Shown here piece by piece: positions 18,762 to 27,296 of a stretch of 46,213 nucleotides of DNA (its first letter is position 1; every line of letters begins with the position of its first letter). Under the pieces are notes generated by a model that was not told where the DNA came from, searched no databases, and saw only the letters and a list, made by a program, of their open reading frames with translations. The stretch covers positions 1 to 46,213 of the forward strand of contig DATIIZ010000030.1 of the NCBI GenBank assembly GCA_035479215.1, in the 5' to 3' direction. This DNA is from Candidatus Babeliales bacterium (lineage in GTDB: Bacteria; Patescibacteriota; Saccharimonadia; Saccharimonadales; UBA10212). Position numbers and translations under genes: made by a program.

Positions 18762-20435
18762 TTACATCATACCCATGCCGCCGCCCATGTCGGGCATCGG
18801 CGCGACTGGTGTCTTTTCCGGTACTTCAACCACCAGGGCACCCATGGTCATACTGGTACCGGCAATAGATACGGCGTTTTGAATCGCTTCTTTTGTGACT
18901 CGGGTCGGGTCAACGATGCCAGCGGCCTTTAGGTCTACCAGCTTTTCTGGGTTGTTGACATCCACGCCCATGCCGCCCTTGCCTTTTTTAACTTGTGGCA
19001 GCCATTCATCGGCATTTAGGCCAGAGGTCGTCAGAAGAATCCTAAATGGTTGCTCTAACGCACCAATCAGCAGATTTACACCGGCGGCCTGCGATTGGTT
19101 CTTACCACCCAGCTTTTGGACTTTTTCCTCATGCCTCTTATTAAGTTCAGCGCTTAGATTAACCAGCGTTACACCGCCACCGGGGACGATTCCTTCGTCC
19201 ATGGCGGCTTTGACAGCGTTAACAGCATCATCGACACGGAATTTCTTCTCTTCTATCTCGGTTTCGGTAGCACCGCCTACTTTGATTACGGCAACCTTGC
19301 CAGACAAAGCCGCCCGTCGTTTTTCCAGGTTCTCTTTATCGTATTCGGTGCTTGCTGACTCTACTTGCTTATTGATCTGGTCAATCCGGGCCCGGACAGC
19401 GGCTGCTGAACCAGCCCCTTCGATAATGGTGGTTTCGTCTTTGGTGACAATCACTTTACGGGCCGTGCCTACAACTGATATATCAGCATTTTCAAATGTG
19501 ACTCCCAATTCTTCACTGATTACTTCTCCGCCGGTTAAGATGGCGATGTCCTCAAGGATCTCCTTACGTCGGTCGCCAAACGCCGGAGCCTTAACGGCAA
19601 CCGTATTGAATACACCCTTTAGTCGGTTGAGTATCAGCGTTCCCAAAGCTTCGCCTTCGACATCCTCGGCAACTAACACCAAGTCTTTCTTACCGGCTTG
19701 GGCTAGTTTTTCTAGCATCGGCAAGAATTCTTGGATTGAACTGATTTTTTGGTCGGTAATCAAAATAGCCGGCTTTTCGTAGACTGCCTCCATACGGGCA
19801 GTATCGGTCACCATGTAGGGACTGACGTAGCCGCGGTCCATGGTAAAGCCCTCTACGACTTCACTTTCCATGGTAAGCCCTTGGCCTTCCTCTACAGTTA
19901 CCACACCGTCCTTACCAACTTTATCCATGACATCGGCAATCAAATTACCGATTTCTGAATCGCCAGCGCTGATGGTGGCCACTTCTGCCACCCGGTTTTT
20001 CTTTCCTTGAATATCTTCACTGTGGGAGCCAAGTTGCTTAATGACATCATGAGCGGCAGCTTCTAAGCCTTTGCGTAGCAGCATCGGGTTGTGTCCGGCA
20101 GCTATCAGCTTGTTGGCTTCGTTCAAGATGTGATAAGTCAAAACAGTTACAGTGGTTGTACCATCGCCGGCCACATCGTTCATCTTGCTGGCGGCTTGCT
20201 TGATAAGCTCAGCGCCGACTTTGTAGCCCAAAGTCTCATCGTCGACATCATCAATCTCTACGCCCTTAGCAACAGTTACGCCGTCGTGAGTAACCGTGGG
20301 GTTACCGTAACTTTTGCTTATCACCACGTTGCGGCCCTTGGGGCCCATAGTGGTTTTTACGGCATCGTACAAAATCTGTGCCCCACCTAATACCCGGCGG
20401 CGGGCATCGTCATCATAAAATACTTTCTTGGCCAT
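18762..20435 (-). CDS. groL: chaperonin GroEL
   Basis: AKKVFYDDDARRRVLGGAQIL..., GDGTTT, C-terminal GGMGMM repeat. Confidence 0.96.
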   Translation of the reverse strand: MAKKVFYDDDARRRVLGGAQILYDAVKTTMGPKGRNVVISKSYGNPTVTHDGVTVAKGVEIDDVDDETLGYKVGAELIKQAASKMNDVAGDGTTTVTVLTYHILNEANKLIAAGHNPMLLRKGLEAAAHDVIKQLGSHSEDIQGKKNRVAEVATISAGDSEIGNLIADVMDKVGKDGVVTVEEGQGLTMESEVVEGFTMDRGYVSPYMVTDTARMEAVYEKPAILITDQKISSIQEFLPMLEKLAQAGKKDLVLVAEDVEGEALGTLILNRLKGVFNTVAVKAPAFGDRRKEILEDIAILTGGEVISEELGVTFENADISVVGTARKVIVTKDETTIIEGAGSAAAVRARIDQINKQVESASTEYDKENLEKRRAALSGKVAVIKVGGATETEIEEKKFRVDDAVNAVKAAMDEGIVPGGGVTLVNLSAELNKRHEEKVQKLGGKNQSQAAGVNLLIGALEQPFRILLTTSGLNADEWLPQVKKGKGGMGVDVNNPEKLVDLKAAGIVDPTRVTKEAIQNAVSIAGTSMTMGALVVEVPEKTPVAPMPDMGGGMGMM

Positions 20436-20444
20436 CTAGTCCTC

Positions 20445-20708
20445 CTACTTAACTGTCGCTAATATATCCTCTTCTTTAACGAGGATATATTCTTTATTGT
20501 TAACTTTTACTTCGGTAGTGCTGTAGCTTTTGTAGACTATCCGGTCACCGGCTTTGATCTCTTTAACGCTCTTCCCTACTTTAGTTACTTTTGCGATTTT
20601 GGGCTTTTCGGCCGCTTTGTCGGGCAAGTACAGGCCGCTGGCTGTTTTAGTAACGGCTTCTTCTTGCTCGGCAACCACCCAATCTGCCAATGGATTCAAT
20701 CCAGCCAT
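20445..20708 (-). CDS. groS: co-chaperonin GroES
   Basis: 87 aa, immediately upstream of groEL, with SD GGGAGG. Confidence 0.93.
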   Translation of the reverse strand: MAGLNPLADWVVAEQEEAVTKTASGLYLPDKAAEKPKIAKVTKVGKSVKEIKAGDRIVYKSYSTTEVKVNNKEYILVKEEDILATVK

Positions 20709-20765
20709 AAGTAATAAACCTCCCTTATATTTAACCTCTTAAGATTGTCCGATTTACACCGGACG

Positions 20766-20792
20766 CTAGCACTCATAATACCCGAGTGCTAA
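20766..20792 (-). promoter_or_regulatory. CIRCE operator (HrcA binding site)
   Basis: CTAGCACTC-N9-GAGTGCTAA against the consensus TTAGCACTC-N9-GAGTGCTAA, in the groES leader. Confidence 0.85.
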
Positions 20793-20804
20793 AAAGTAAG
20801 TCAA
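20775..20804 (-). promoter_or_regulatory. groES promoter
   Basis: On the minus strand: TTGACT-N18-TATTAT, with the -10 inside CIRCE. Confidence 0.6.
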
Positions 20805-20840
20805 GGGCATTTAGTTAAAGTTGCAAAAAATACAAAACGA

Positions 20841-20870
20841 TTGACTGGTGTCGGGCATAAGCTTTATACT
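20841..20870 (+). promoter_or_regulatory. promoter P1 of GC-rich island 1
   Basis: TTGACT-N18-TATACT. The 29-nt upstream module at 20819-20847 matches 21394-21422 at 23 of 29 positions. Confidence 0.55.
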
Positions 20871-20904
20871 CCGGTTATCCAGTCCCGTCGAGGAAAGGAC
20901 GCTT

Positions 20905-21255
20905 GTGAGAGCGAAAGTTGAGAAAGGCTCTAAAGGTCGCTGGTGGGTGACACCCATCGTCGATCGGCCGCTTCGGCCGAATGAGATGGGCGGCCTCGCG
21001 CGCGCGTTGCTAGGCATCGAAGGTGTCAAGCACACAAAGGTCCGTTTGCAGGACAGGAATGTGTTCCTGCGCGTGAATGAGAGCATCGAAGGGCTCTACG
21101 AAGAGATCCGCGAGACGGCGAACAAGTTCCTGGGACGGCTAGCCGCCAAGGTTTCCCGCCGCGGGGCAAAGCCTGGTGTGGTCAAGCGCATGCCGCCGAA
21201 GGCGGTGAAGCGTAGAAGGCGCCGTGGAGCGCAGGCACCAGTCTTCGGCTGGTAA
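20905..21255 (+). CDS. orphan GC-rich ORF A (116 aa) with an Arg/Lys-rich C-terminal tail
   Basis: GTG start 5 nt after GAGGAAAGGA. Third codon positions are mostly G/C. The tail is KRMPPKAVKRRRRRGAQAPVFGW. No family recognised. Confidence 0.55.
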   Translation: MRAKVEKGSKGRWWVTPIVDRPLRPNEMGGLARALLGIEGVKHTKVRLQDRNVFLRVNESIEGLYEEIRETANKFLGRLAAKVSRRGAKPGVVKRMPPKAVKRRRRRGAQAPVFGW

Positions 21256-21266
21256 GGACTGGAATC

Positions 21267-21308
21267 CGGGGCTCGGGATGGGCGAAACTCCAAACTCATC
21301 CCGAGCCC
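21267..21308 (+). terminator. 13-bp GC hairpin after ORF A (no U-tract)
   Basis: GGGGCTCGGGATG-N16-CATCCCGAGCCCC. Confidence 0.45.
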
Positions 21309-21415
21309 CAAGGGGCAAAATCCAAACACTTTTAGCCCCATTTTCGCCGCGCTGCCCTTCCCCGGGCGCGCGGCTTCGTTCTTTAGATTGATTAGTTGCA
21401 AAAGCATAAAAACTA

Positions 21416-21444
21416 TTGACTGATATGTATAAGGGGTCTATAAT
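21416..21444 (+). promoter_or_regulatory. promoter P2 of GC-rich island 1
   Basis: Consensus-grade TTGACT-N17-TATAAT, preceded by the AGTTGCAAAA module. Confidence 0.6.
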
Positions 21445-21484
21445 ACTCACATTCTCGCACTTTCCCCCGATGAAAGGAGCTGGC

Positions 21485-21832
21485 ATGTCCGATACGGTGG
21501 GTGTTATCCACTCGTCGTACAAGCTCGAGCAGGCTTGGGACAGGCACGCCCGTGGAGAAATCCTGGGTCTCCGCCTGCACTTCGAGAATCCCGACTTCAG
21601 AATCTGTCGAGGGATTCGCCGTCGTATGAAGAGCTATGCGCGCCCTCTGGGTCTGTGCGTCTGTTTCGACAACCCGATCCTGGGAGATAGGGCTGTCCTC
21701 CTCACGGAGAACGTGAAGAACAAGACGGACGGTCCGCTTGAGGAACGTGCTGAACGCTTCGCGAAGCACTTCGCCCATGGCGGCGTGCGGCGCGAGGACA
21801 CAGCTCTCGCTGCGATCGTGCTGGCCGCCTAG
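21485..21832 (+). CDS. orphan GC-rich ORF B (115 aa)
   Basis: ATG 5 nt after AAAGGAG; GC-rich third positions; no family recognised. Confidence 0.55.
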   Translation: MSDTVGVIHSSYKLEQAWDRHARGEILGLRLHFENPDFRICRGIRRRMKSYARPLGLCVCFDNPILGDRAVLLTENVKNKTDGPLEERAERFAKHFAHGGVRREDTALAAIVLAA

Positions 21833-21854
21833 GTCACACCACTCGCAAGTTTCA

Positions 21855-21880
21855 GGGTCCGGGACGTTCGTCCCGGACCC
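21855..21880 (+). terminator. 11-bp GC hairpin after ORF B
   Basis: GGGTCCGGGAC-GTTC-GTCCCGGACCC. Confidence 0.5.
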
Positions 21881-22013
21881 TCGCTCGGGGAAGTAGCGGA
21901 TTATTGTAAAGGATTAGAGCTAGAGCTCTATATGCTACCAAGCATCCTTTTACATATTAGCCGCGTGTTTCTGAATCTCCACAATCAGGAACCCGCGGCG
22001 TTTTCAGACCTGA

Positions 22014-23297
22014 TTATTTTATAAGTTTCTTAACGATTTCGATTTCGTCCCAAGCCTGCTCTTTGCCCCCCATATTGCGGGTAGTCAGATGACCCATACC
22101 TGTTAAAATCACCGTATCGCCCTTTTTCGCGGTTTCTAAGGCTGTCTTTATGGCATCTAAACGATCTTCTACTATCGTCGTTTTATTCTGGCCGCCAGCG
22201 GCCTCTATTCCTTTATAGACCGCCTTAATGATGGCGGCCGGGTCTTCAGTATAGGTTTCGTCGTCGGTCAGGAAAATCTGGTCGGCATTTTTTACAGCCA
22301 CCCCACCCATAATCGGCCGCTTCAGTTTATCCCTATCGCCGGTGGCGCCAAACACCAGGATTATTTTGCCTTTCGTCAGTTCGCGCGAAGCGGTCAAAAC
22401 GTTTTCAAGCGCATCAGGTGTGACGGCAAAGTCCACAATCACACTGAACCCGCTTTTACTCGACAGGCTAGTCATACGGCCCGCTACAGCCTCAAGTGAA
22501 GCTATTCCCTGCTCAATCTGGTGCTTGTTCAATCCCATCACCCTGCCAACCTGTATTGCCGCCAAGGAGTTATAAACATTAAAGCGCCCGGGTATCCGGC
22601 ATCTGATGTCATAAGTCTCCTCATCTGTCGTTGCTTTATACGCCACCCCGGCGGCAGATAGCTCAATATTTTTAGCTTGTAAATCGCCGGACCTGATGCC
22701 GTAAGTTTTAGAATTTTTTATGGCTGAAATGAATTTATTAGCAGTTTTGTCATCAGCGTTAATCACCCCTGTCTTAGTCCCCTTGGCATTCTTGTTTGTC
22801 AATCGGAACAACTTCACCTTGGCATTGATATAGTTTTCCATCGTCTTGTGATAATCCAAGTGGTCTTGGCTGATATTTGTCATAACCGCAATCTGAAACG
22901 GCACTCCCCAAACTCTATTTTGGGCTAGTGCCATACTCGTAACCTCCATAACTAGCCACTCAGCCCCGCCGTCCTTAATTTCTTTAAGCCGTCTCATCAT
23001 TAAAGGGGCTGGAACGTTGGTGTAGTGGTCTGGCGGAATCTTGAGCTTGTCACCTGCCCCATAAGCGACAGTTGTCATTAACCCAACCTTGTAGCCGGCC
23101 TCATGCAGCATTTTATGGATCAAAAATGCCGTCGTAGTTTTGCCATTTGTACCTGTTACACCGATAACTTTGAATTTGCGCCCCGGGAAAGAATTCAGGG
23201 AGTTAAAGAGTATTGATTCTCCAAGGTGTCCGACAGGTTCGATTTTACGGAATAAACTCCTGGGGATAAAAGCTTTGACGATTTTTCGAAAATTCAC
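22014..23297 (-). CDS. murE: Mur ligase, MurE-like (UDP-MurNAc-tripeptide synthetase)
   Basis: P-loop VIGVTGTNGKTTT with Mur central and C-terminal domains. DDETYTEDP occupies the position of the DNPR motif. GTG start after GAGGGG. At 427 aa it is shorter than a typical MurE. Confidence 0.7.
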   Translation of the reverse strand: MNFRKIVKAFIPRSLFRKIEPVGHLGESILFNSLNSFPGRKFKVIGVTGTNGKTTTAFLIHKMLHEAGYKVGLMTTVAYGAGDKLKIPPDHYTNVPAPLMMRRLKEIKDGGAEWLVMEVTSMALAQNRVWGVPFQIAVMTNISQDHLDYHKTMENYINAKVKLFRLTNKNAKGTKTGVINADDKTANKFISAIKNSKTYGIRSGDLQAKNIELSAAGVAYKATTDEETYDIRCRIPGRFNVYNSLAAIQVGRVMGLNKHQIEQGIASLEAVAGRMTSLSSKSGFSVIVDFAVTPDALENVLTASRELTKGKIILVFGATGDRDKLKRPIMGGVAVKNADQIFLTDDETYTEDPAAIIKAVYKGIEAAGGQNKTTIVEDRLDAIKTALETAKKGDTVILTGMGHLTTRNMGGKEQAWDEIEIVKKLIK

Positions 23298-23303
23298 CCC
23301 TCA

Positions 23304-23344
23304 AGTTTCGCACCACACAGGCCTGCTGTCCAGCATTGCGGGAC
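23304..23344 (-). promoter_or_regulatory. conserved ~40-nt 5'-leader element, copy 2 (upstream of murE)
   Basis: AGTTTCGCACCACACAGGCCTGCTGTCCAGCATTGCGGGAC; compare copy 1 at 6942..6983. Confidence 0.55.
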
Positions 23345-23490
23345 ACTCCGACTGTGTTCTTGGCGAATCGCTACGTTGCGGGCTGCGGTACTCCTTCACT
23401 GTATTTAAATACAGCTCAGTACGTTCCTCATCCGCGCCTTGCGCTACATCCAAGTGCGAACCTTGAGAAGTAGAAGTATACTTATAACTG

Positions 23491-24537
23491 ATGAAAATTT
23501 TAGGGATTGAAAGTAGTGCCGACGAGACAGTAGCTGGCGTAGTAGAAGATGGCTATAAGATGCTTTCTAACTCCGTTGCGACGAGTATTGATCTGACCAA
23601 GGCCTTCGGCGGAATAGTCCCTGAGATAGCCGCCCGCAGCCATGTGGAGGTCATCATTCCCGTCATTGACCAGGCCTTATCAGATGCCGGAACAGATTGG
23701 GATGATATTGATGCTATCGCTGTAACTAACCGGCCAGGGCTAATCGGTAGCCTTTTGATAGGTGTTCTAACCGCCCGCACCCTGGCTATCACTAAAAACA
23801 AACCGCTCTATGGGGTAAACCACGTTCTGGCCCACACTTATGCAAATTTCATTACAGATACGAGCGTGAAGGGCTATCAGCTTAATACGGAGGCTCCTGA
23901 CTTCCCTGCCCTAGGACTTATCGTATCTGGTGGCCATACCCAGTTAATGCTTTATAAATCTCATGAGGATTATAAAATCTTGGGCCAGACCAGGGATGAT
24001 GCCGTAGGGGAAGCGTTTGATAAGGTGGCCAAAATCCTAGGGCTCCCCTACCCCGGTGGTCCCTCTATAGATAAGGAAGCAAAAAAAGGGGACGGTACCG
24101 CAGTCAAGCTGCCAAAAGCCCGACTGGAAAGCCCCTATGACTTCAGCTTTTCAGGACTAAAAACGGCTGTTTTGCGGGCTGCCCAACAACTGGCCGCCAA
24201 AGACTTCACCTTCCCTTCTACCGAGCTGCCTAACTCCTTAAACGAGGCTCAAAAGGCCGATTTAGCCGCCAGTTTCCAAGCTACAGCCGTCGATACACTG
24301 GCCGATGCTGTACTGGCAGCCGAAGATGAGTTTCGCCCAAAGTCTGTACTTTTAGCTGGCGGGGTAGCCGCTAACCAACAACTTCGCCACGAGCTGCAAA
24401 AGAGGGTAAAAACACCCCTATTCTGCCCGGATATCAAGCTGTGTACGGACAATGCCGCGATGATTGCATCGACCGCATATTACCAGCACCAACCGGCGGA
24501 TAACCCCTATAAACTATCAGTTATCCCCAGCCTTTAG
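23491..24537 (+). CDS. tsaD: tRNA N6-adenosine threonylcarbamoyltransferase TsaD
   Basis: ILGIESSADET, VNHVLAH, GGVAAN motifs; 348 aa. Confidence 0.9.
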   Translation: MKILGIESSADETVAGVVEDGYKMLSNSVATSIDLTKAFGGIVPEIAARSHVEVIIPVIDQALSDAGTDWDDIDAIAVTNRPGLIGSLLIGVLTARTLAITKNKPLYGVNHVLAHTYANFITDTSVKGYQLNTEAPDFPALGLIVSGGHTQLMLYKSHEDYKILGQTRDDAVGEAFDKVAKILGLPYPGGPSIDKEAKKGDGTAVKLPKARLESPYDFSFSGLKTAVLRAAQQLAAKDFTFPSTELPNSLNEAQKADLAASFQATAVDTLADAVLAAEDEFRPKSVLLAGGVAANQQLRHELQKRVKTPLFCPDIKLCTDNAAMIASTAYYQHQPADNPYKLSVIPSL

Positions 24538-24733
24538 CATCAAAAAGCCTTGCCGCGTACAACCTTACTTGTTATGCTAAACCCGAAAACAAACAGGTGC
24601 TAAACTCAACCAATCAGGCATTATTGACTCGCTTTTACGTCGCCGTTGTTCGTAAAAGCATTGAGTGATAATGCCTGATTTCATGTGAAAATACTTTCTA
24701 CGCCTCTGTTATAACTTATTAACACCTCTGTTA

Positions 24734-24742
24734 TGCTAGAAT
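24734..24742 (+). promoter_or_regulatory. extended -10 promoter (TGcTAGAAT) 7 nt from the valS ATG
   Basis: Motif seen directly; no Shine-Dalgarno site. Confidence 0.5.
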
Positions 24743-24749
24743 TTGAACT

Positions 24750-27296
24750 ATGAACCTACCGAGCGTTTACGAGCCGGGGAAGTATGAGGAGGATATCTAT
24801 AAGCTCTGGGAAGAGAGCAAGGTATTCACTCCAAAAAGAACTAATTCCGAGGAAAGCTATTCGATAATGATGCCGTTGCCGAACGCCAATGGCCGGCTTC
24901 ATATCGGCAGTGTTTTGTTTGTTACGCTTCAAGATATTGTATCCCGGTACCAGCGCATGAAAGGGAAGCAGGTTCTTTGGCTGCCGGGTGCCGACCATGC
25001 CGGTTTCGAAACTTGGGTGGTTTATGAAAAGAAGTTAAATAAAGAAGGCAGATCTCGGTTTGACTACAGCCGGGAAGAGCTATACAAGCAAGTTTGGGAC
25101 TTTGTAGCCAGCAATCGGAAGGTATTTGAGCAGCAATTTAGAGAACTCGGCGCCAGTGTAGACTGGACTCGCTTTACTTTCTCGCTTGATGAAAAAATCG
25201 TAAATCAAGTCTATAAGACTTTTAAAAAGATGTGGGATGATGGGCTTGTTTACAGGGGTGAGAGAATAGTCAATTATTGTACCTATCATGGCACTAGTTT
25301 CGCTGATATCGAGGTCGAATATAAAGATGTGGACAGCCATCTTTGGCACATAGCCTATCCCTTAACAGATGCTAGCGGGGAAGTGGTGGTGGCTACGACC
25401 AGGCCGGAAACAATGCTGGGCGATGTGGCCGTGGCAGTCAATCCATCAGATGACAGATATAAGAAATATATCGGTAAAACAGTTAAATTACCTCTGACCA
25501 ACAGGGAAATTCCGATAATCGCTGATGAATTTGTCGATTCCAATTTCGGGACAGGTGCAGTAAAGCTTACTCCGGCCCACGACCCGGTAGACTTTGAAGC
25601 AGGACAGAGGCACGACCTGCCCATGATATCCGTTATAGACCATGAGGGGAATATGACTCATCATGCCCCGGAACCCTACCGAGGACTTGCGGCTGAAGAA
25701 GCCCGGAAAAAAGTGGTAGACGATCTAGAAAAAGCCGGCCTTATCAAGAAGATAGAAGAATATAGCCACAGCGTCGGGCACTGTTATAAATGCGGGAATG
25801 TAATCCAGCCGCTCTTGCTGGAGCAATGGTTTGTCGATATGAAACCGCTAGCAGCTCGAGCCATTGATTCTCTAAAAGAAAAGAAGATAAAGTTTTACCC
25901 CGACAGCAAACGTACCCAACTTATCAGATACCTAGACGGGCTTAAAGATTGGAATATAAGTCGCCAGATCGCCTGGGGGATACCGATACCGGCCTTTCGT
26001 AATGTTAATGATGACCAAGACTGGATCTACGACGAAAGGGTAGGGGAAGAAGAAATATCGGTAGACGGTAAAACTTATGTCCGTGATCCTGATGTATTTG
26101 ACACTTGGTTTTCTTCAGGGCAGTGGCCGTTTGCCGCCTTAGGTCTGGATAGCCAAGATCTTGAACAATTCTATCCTACAAGTCTTATGGAAACTGGGGG
26201 AGAAATCCTATATCCGTGGGTGTCGCGGATGATTATGCTCGGGCTGTACATGACCGACGAGGTTCCTTTCGAAGATGTTTATATTCACGGCTATGTACTG
26301 GCAGCTGACGGGGCCAAGATGAGCAAAAGCTTGGGCAATATTATCGATCCCGATGGTCTGCGTATAAAATATGGCGCCGATGCCTTAAGACTAGGGATCA
26401 TCGATGGCCGCGCGCCAGCAATTAATCGACCATTCGATGAGACTAAAGCCAAGGCCGGGCGAAACTTCTGCAATAAGCTTTGGAATATTTCCAGATATAT
26501 TGAAGGAGCAGCAGGACAGGGAGATAGTTCTAGCCCTAAGCCAAACAGCCCAGCGGACCACTGGATACTTAACAAGTTAAGTAATTTAACAGAAGGGTTA
26601 GACGCAGATTTGAGTAAATATCGTTTTGGTGATGCTTATCTAAAACTTTATCACTTCGTATGGGATGATCTGGCCGATTGGTACATCGAGGCTTCTAAAA
26701 CCGAACTTAATCCAGGCCTTCTAAAATACGTCCTGGAATCAACCTTAATTGTCGCCCATCCTTTCGCCCCATTCATTACAGAGGTAATTTGGCAGAATTT
26801 AGGGCACAAAGAACTTTTAGCAACTCAGCTATTGCCCAAAATTTCCGAATCAGATAAATCCGAAGCCGGTAAATTCAAAGGAATTAAAGAACTAATAGCG
26901 GAAATCCGAATGTGGAATGCCACAACTTCTACTAAAGCCCAGGACTTCTACTATGGGAGTACGAACTGGGTAGATGAGCAGCGAGACATATTGGAAAAAT
27001 TGGCTCGCTTAGAGAATATCAGCCATTCAGAAGCGAAACCGTCTGGCACTATCCCGCTGACATCTGTTGACGGCGACTTTTGGCTAAGAATTGACCGCGA
27101 TGCAGCAAAACCGAACCTAGAAAAACTGCTGGCTAATTATCGGCAAAGTGAAAAGTTACTCAAACGGCGATTAGATAGTCCGGGCTATAAAGATAAAGCT
27201 CCACAAGAAATTGTTGCTCAAACTGAAAAAGAACTAGTTGAAACCAGTGCGCTGGCAAGTGTGGTGGAAAAACAGTTGAAGTCTTTAGAAGACTAG
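24750..27296 (+). CDS. valS: valine--tRNA ligase
   Basis: A HIGH-like motif (NGRLHIGS), KMSKS (KMSKSLGN) and a C-terminal coiled coil; 848 aa. Confidence 0.93.
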   Translation: MNLPSVYEPGKYEEDIYKLWEESKVFTPKRTNSEESYSIMMPLPNANGRLHIGSVLFVTLQDIVSRYQRMKGKQVLWLPGADHAGFETWVVYEKKLNKEGRSRFDYSREELYKQVWDFVASNRKVFEQQFRELGASVDWTRFTFSLDEKIVNQVYKTFKKMWDDGLVYRGERIVNYCTYHGTSFADIEVEYKDVDSHLWHIAYPLTDASGEVVVATTRPETMLGDVAVAVNPSDDRYKKYIGKTVKLPLTNREIPIIADEFVDSNFGTGAVKLTPAHDPVDFEAGQRHDLPMISVIDHEGNMTHHAPEPYRGLAAEEARKKVVDDLEKAGLIKKIEEYSHSVGHCYKCGNVIQPLLLEQWFVDMKPLAARAIDSLKEKKIKFYPDSKRTQLIRYLDGLKDWNISRQIAWGIPIPAFRNVNDDQDWIYDERVGEEEISVDGKTYVRDPDVFDTWFSSGQWPFAALGLDSQDLEQFYPTSLMETGGEILYPWVSRMIMLGLYMTDEVPFEDVYIHGYVLAADGAKMSKSLGNIIDPDGLRIKYGADALRLGIIDGRAPAINRPFDETKAKAGRNFCNKLWNISRYIEGAAGQGDSSSPKPNSPADHWILNKLSNLTEGLDADLSKYRFGDAYLKLYHFVWDDLADWYIEASKTELNPGLLKYVLESTLIVAHPFAPFITEVIWQNLGHKELLATQLLPKISESDKSEAGKFKGIKELIAEIRMWNATTSTKAQDFYYGSTNWVDEQRDILEKLARLENISHSEAKPSGTIPLTSVDGDFWLRIDRDAAKPNLEKLLANYRQSEKLLKRRLDSPGYKDKAPQEIVAQTEKELVETSALASVVEKQLKSLED

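Noticed and set aside
18895-19782. 295-aa + strand ORF
   Set aside because: It lies entirely antisense to the unmistakable groEL gene. The Ser/Thr/Pro/Ala-rich low-complexity translation is typical of a shadow ORF.
20811-21778. Four minus-strand ORFs (20811-21086, 21096-21407, 21139-21522, 21413-21778) and the 5' extensions of the + strand ORFs (20848, 21416) in island 1
   Set aside because: The minus-strand ORFs are Arg/Pro-rich shadows of the + strand genes and run through promoters and hairpins. The ORF-track starts at 20848 and 21416 lie inside the promoter elements. The SD-preceded starts at 20905 and 21485 are preferred.
24538-24749. T-box leader upstream of valS
   Set aside because: There is no T-box sequence (AAUUAGGGUGGUACCGCG-like), no specifier-loop architecture, and the promoter abuts the ATG.
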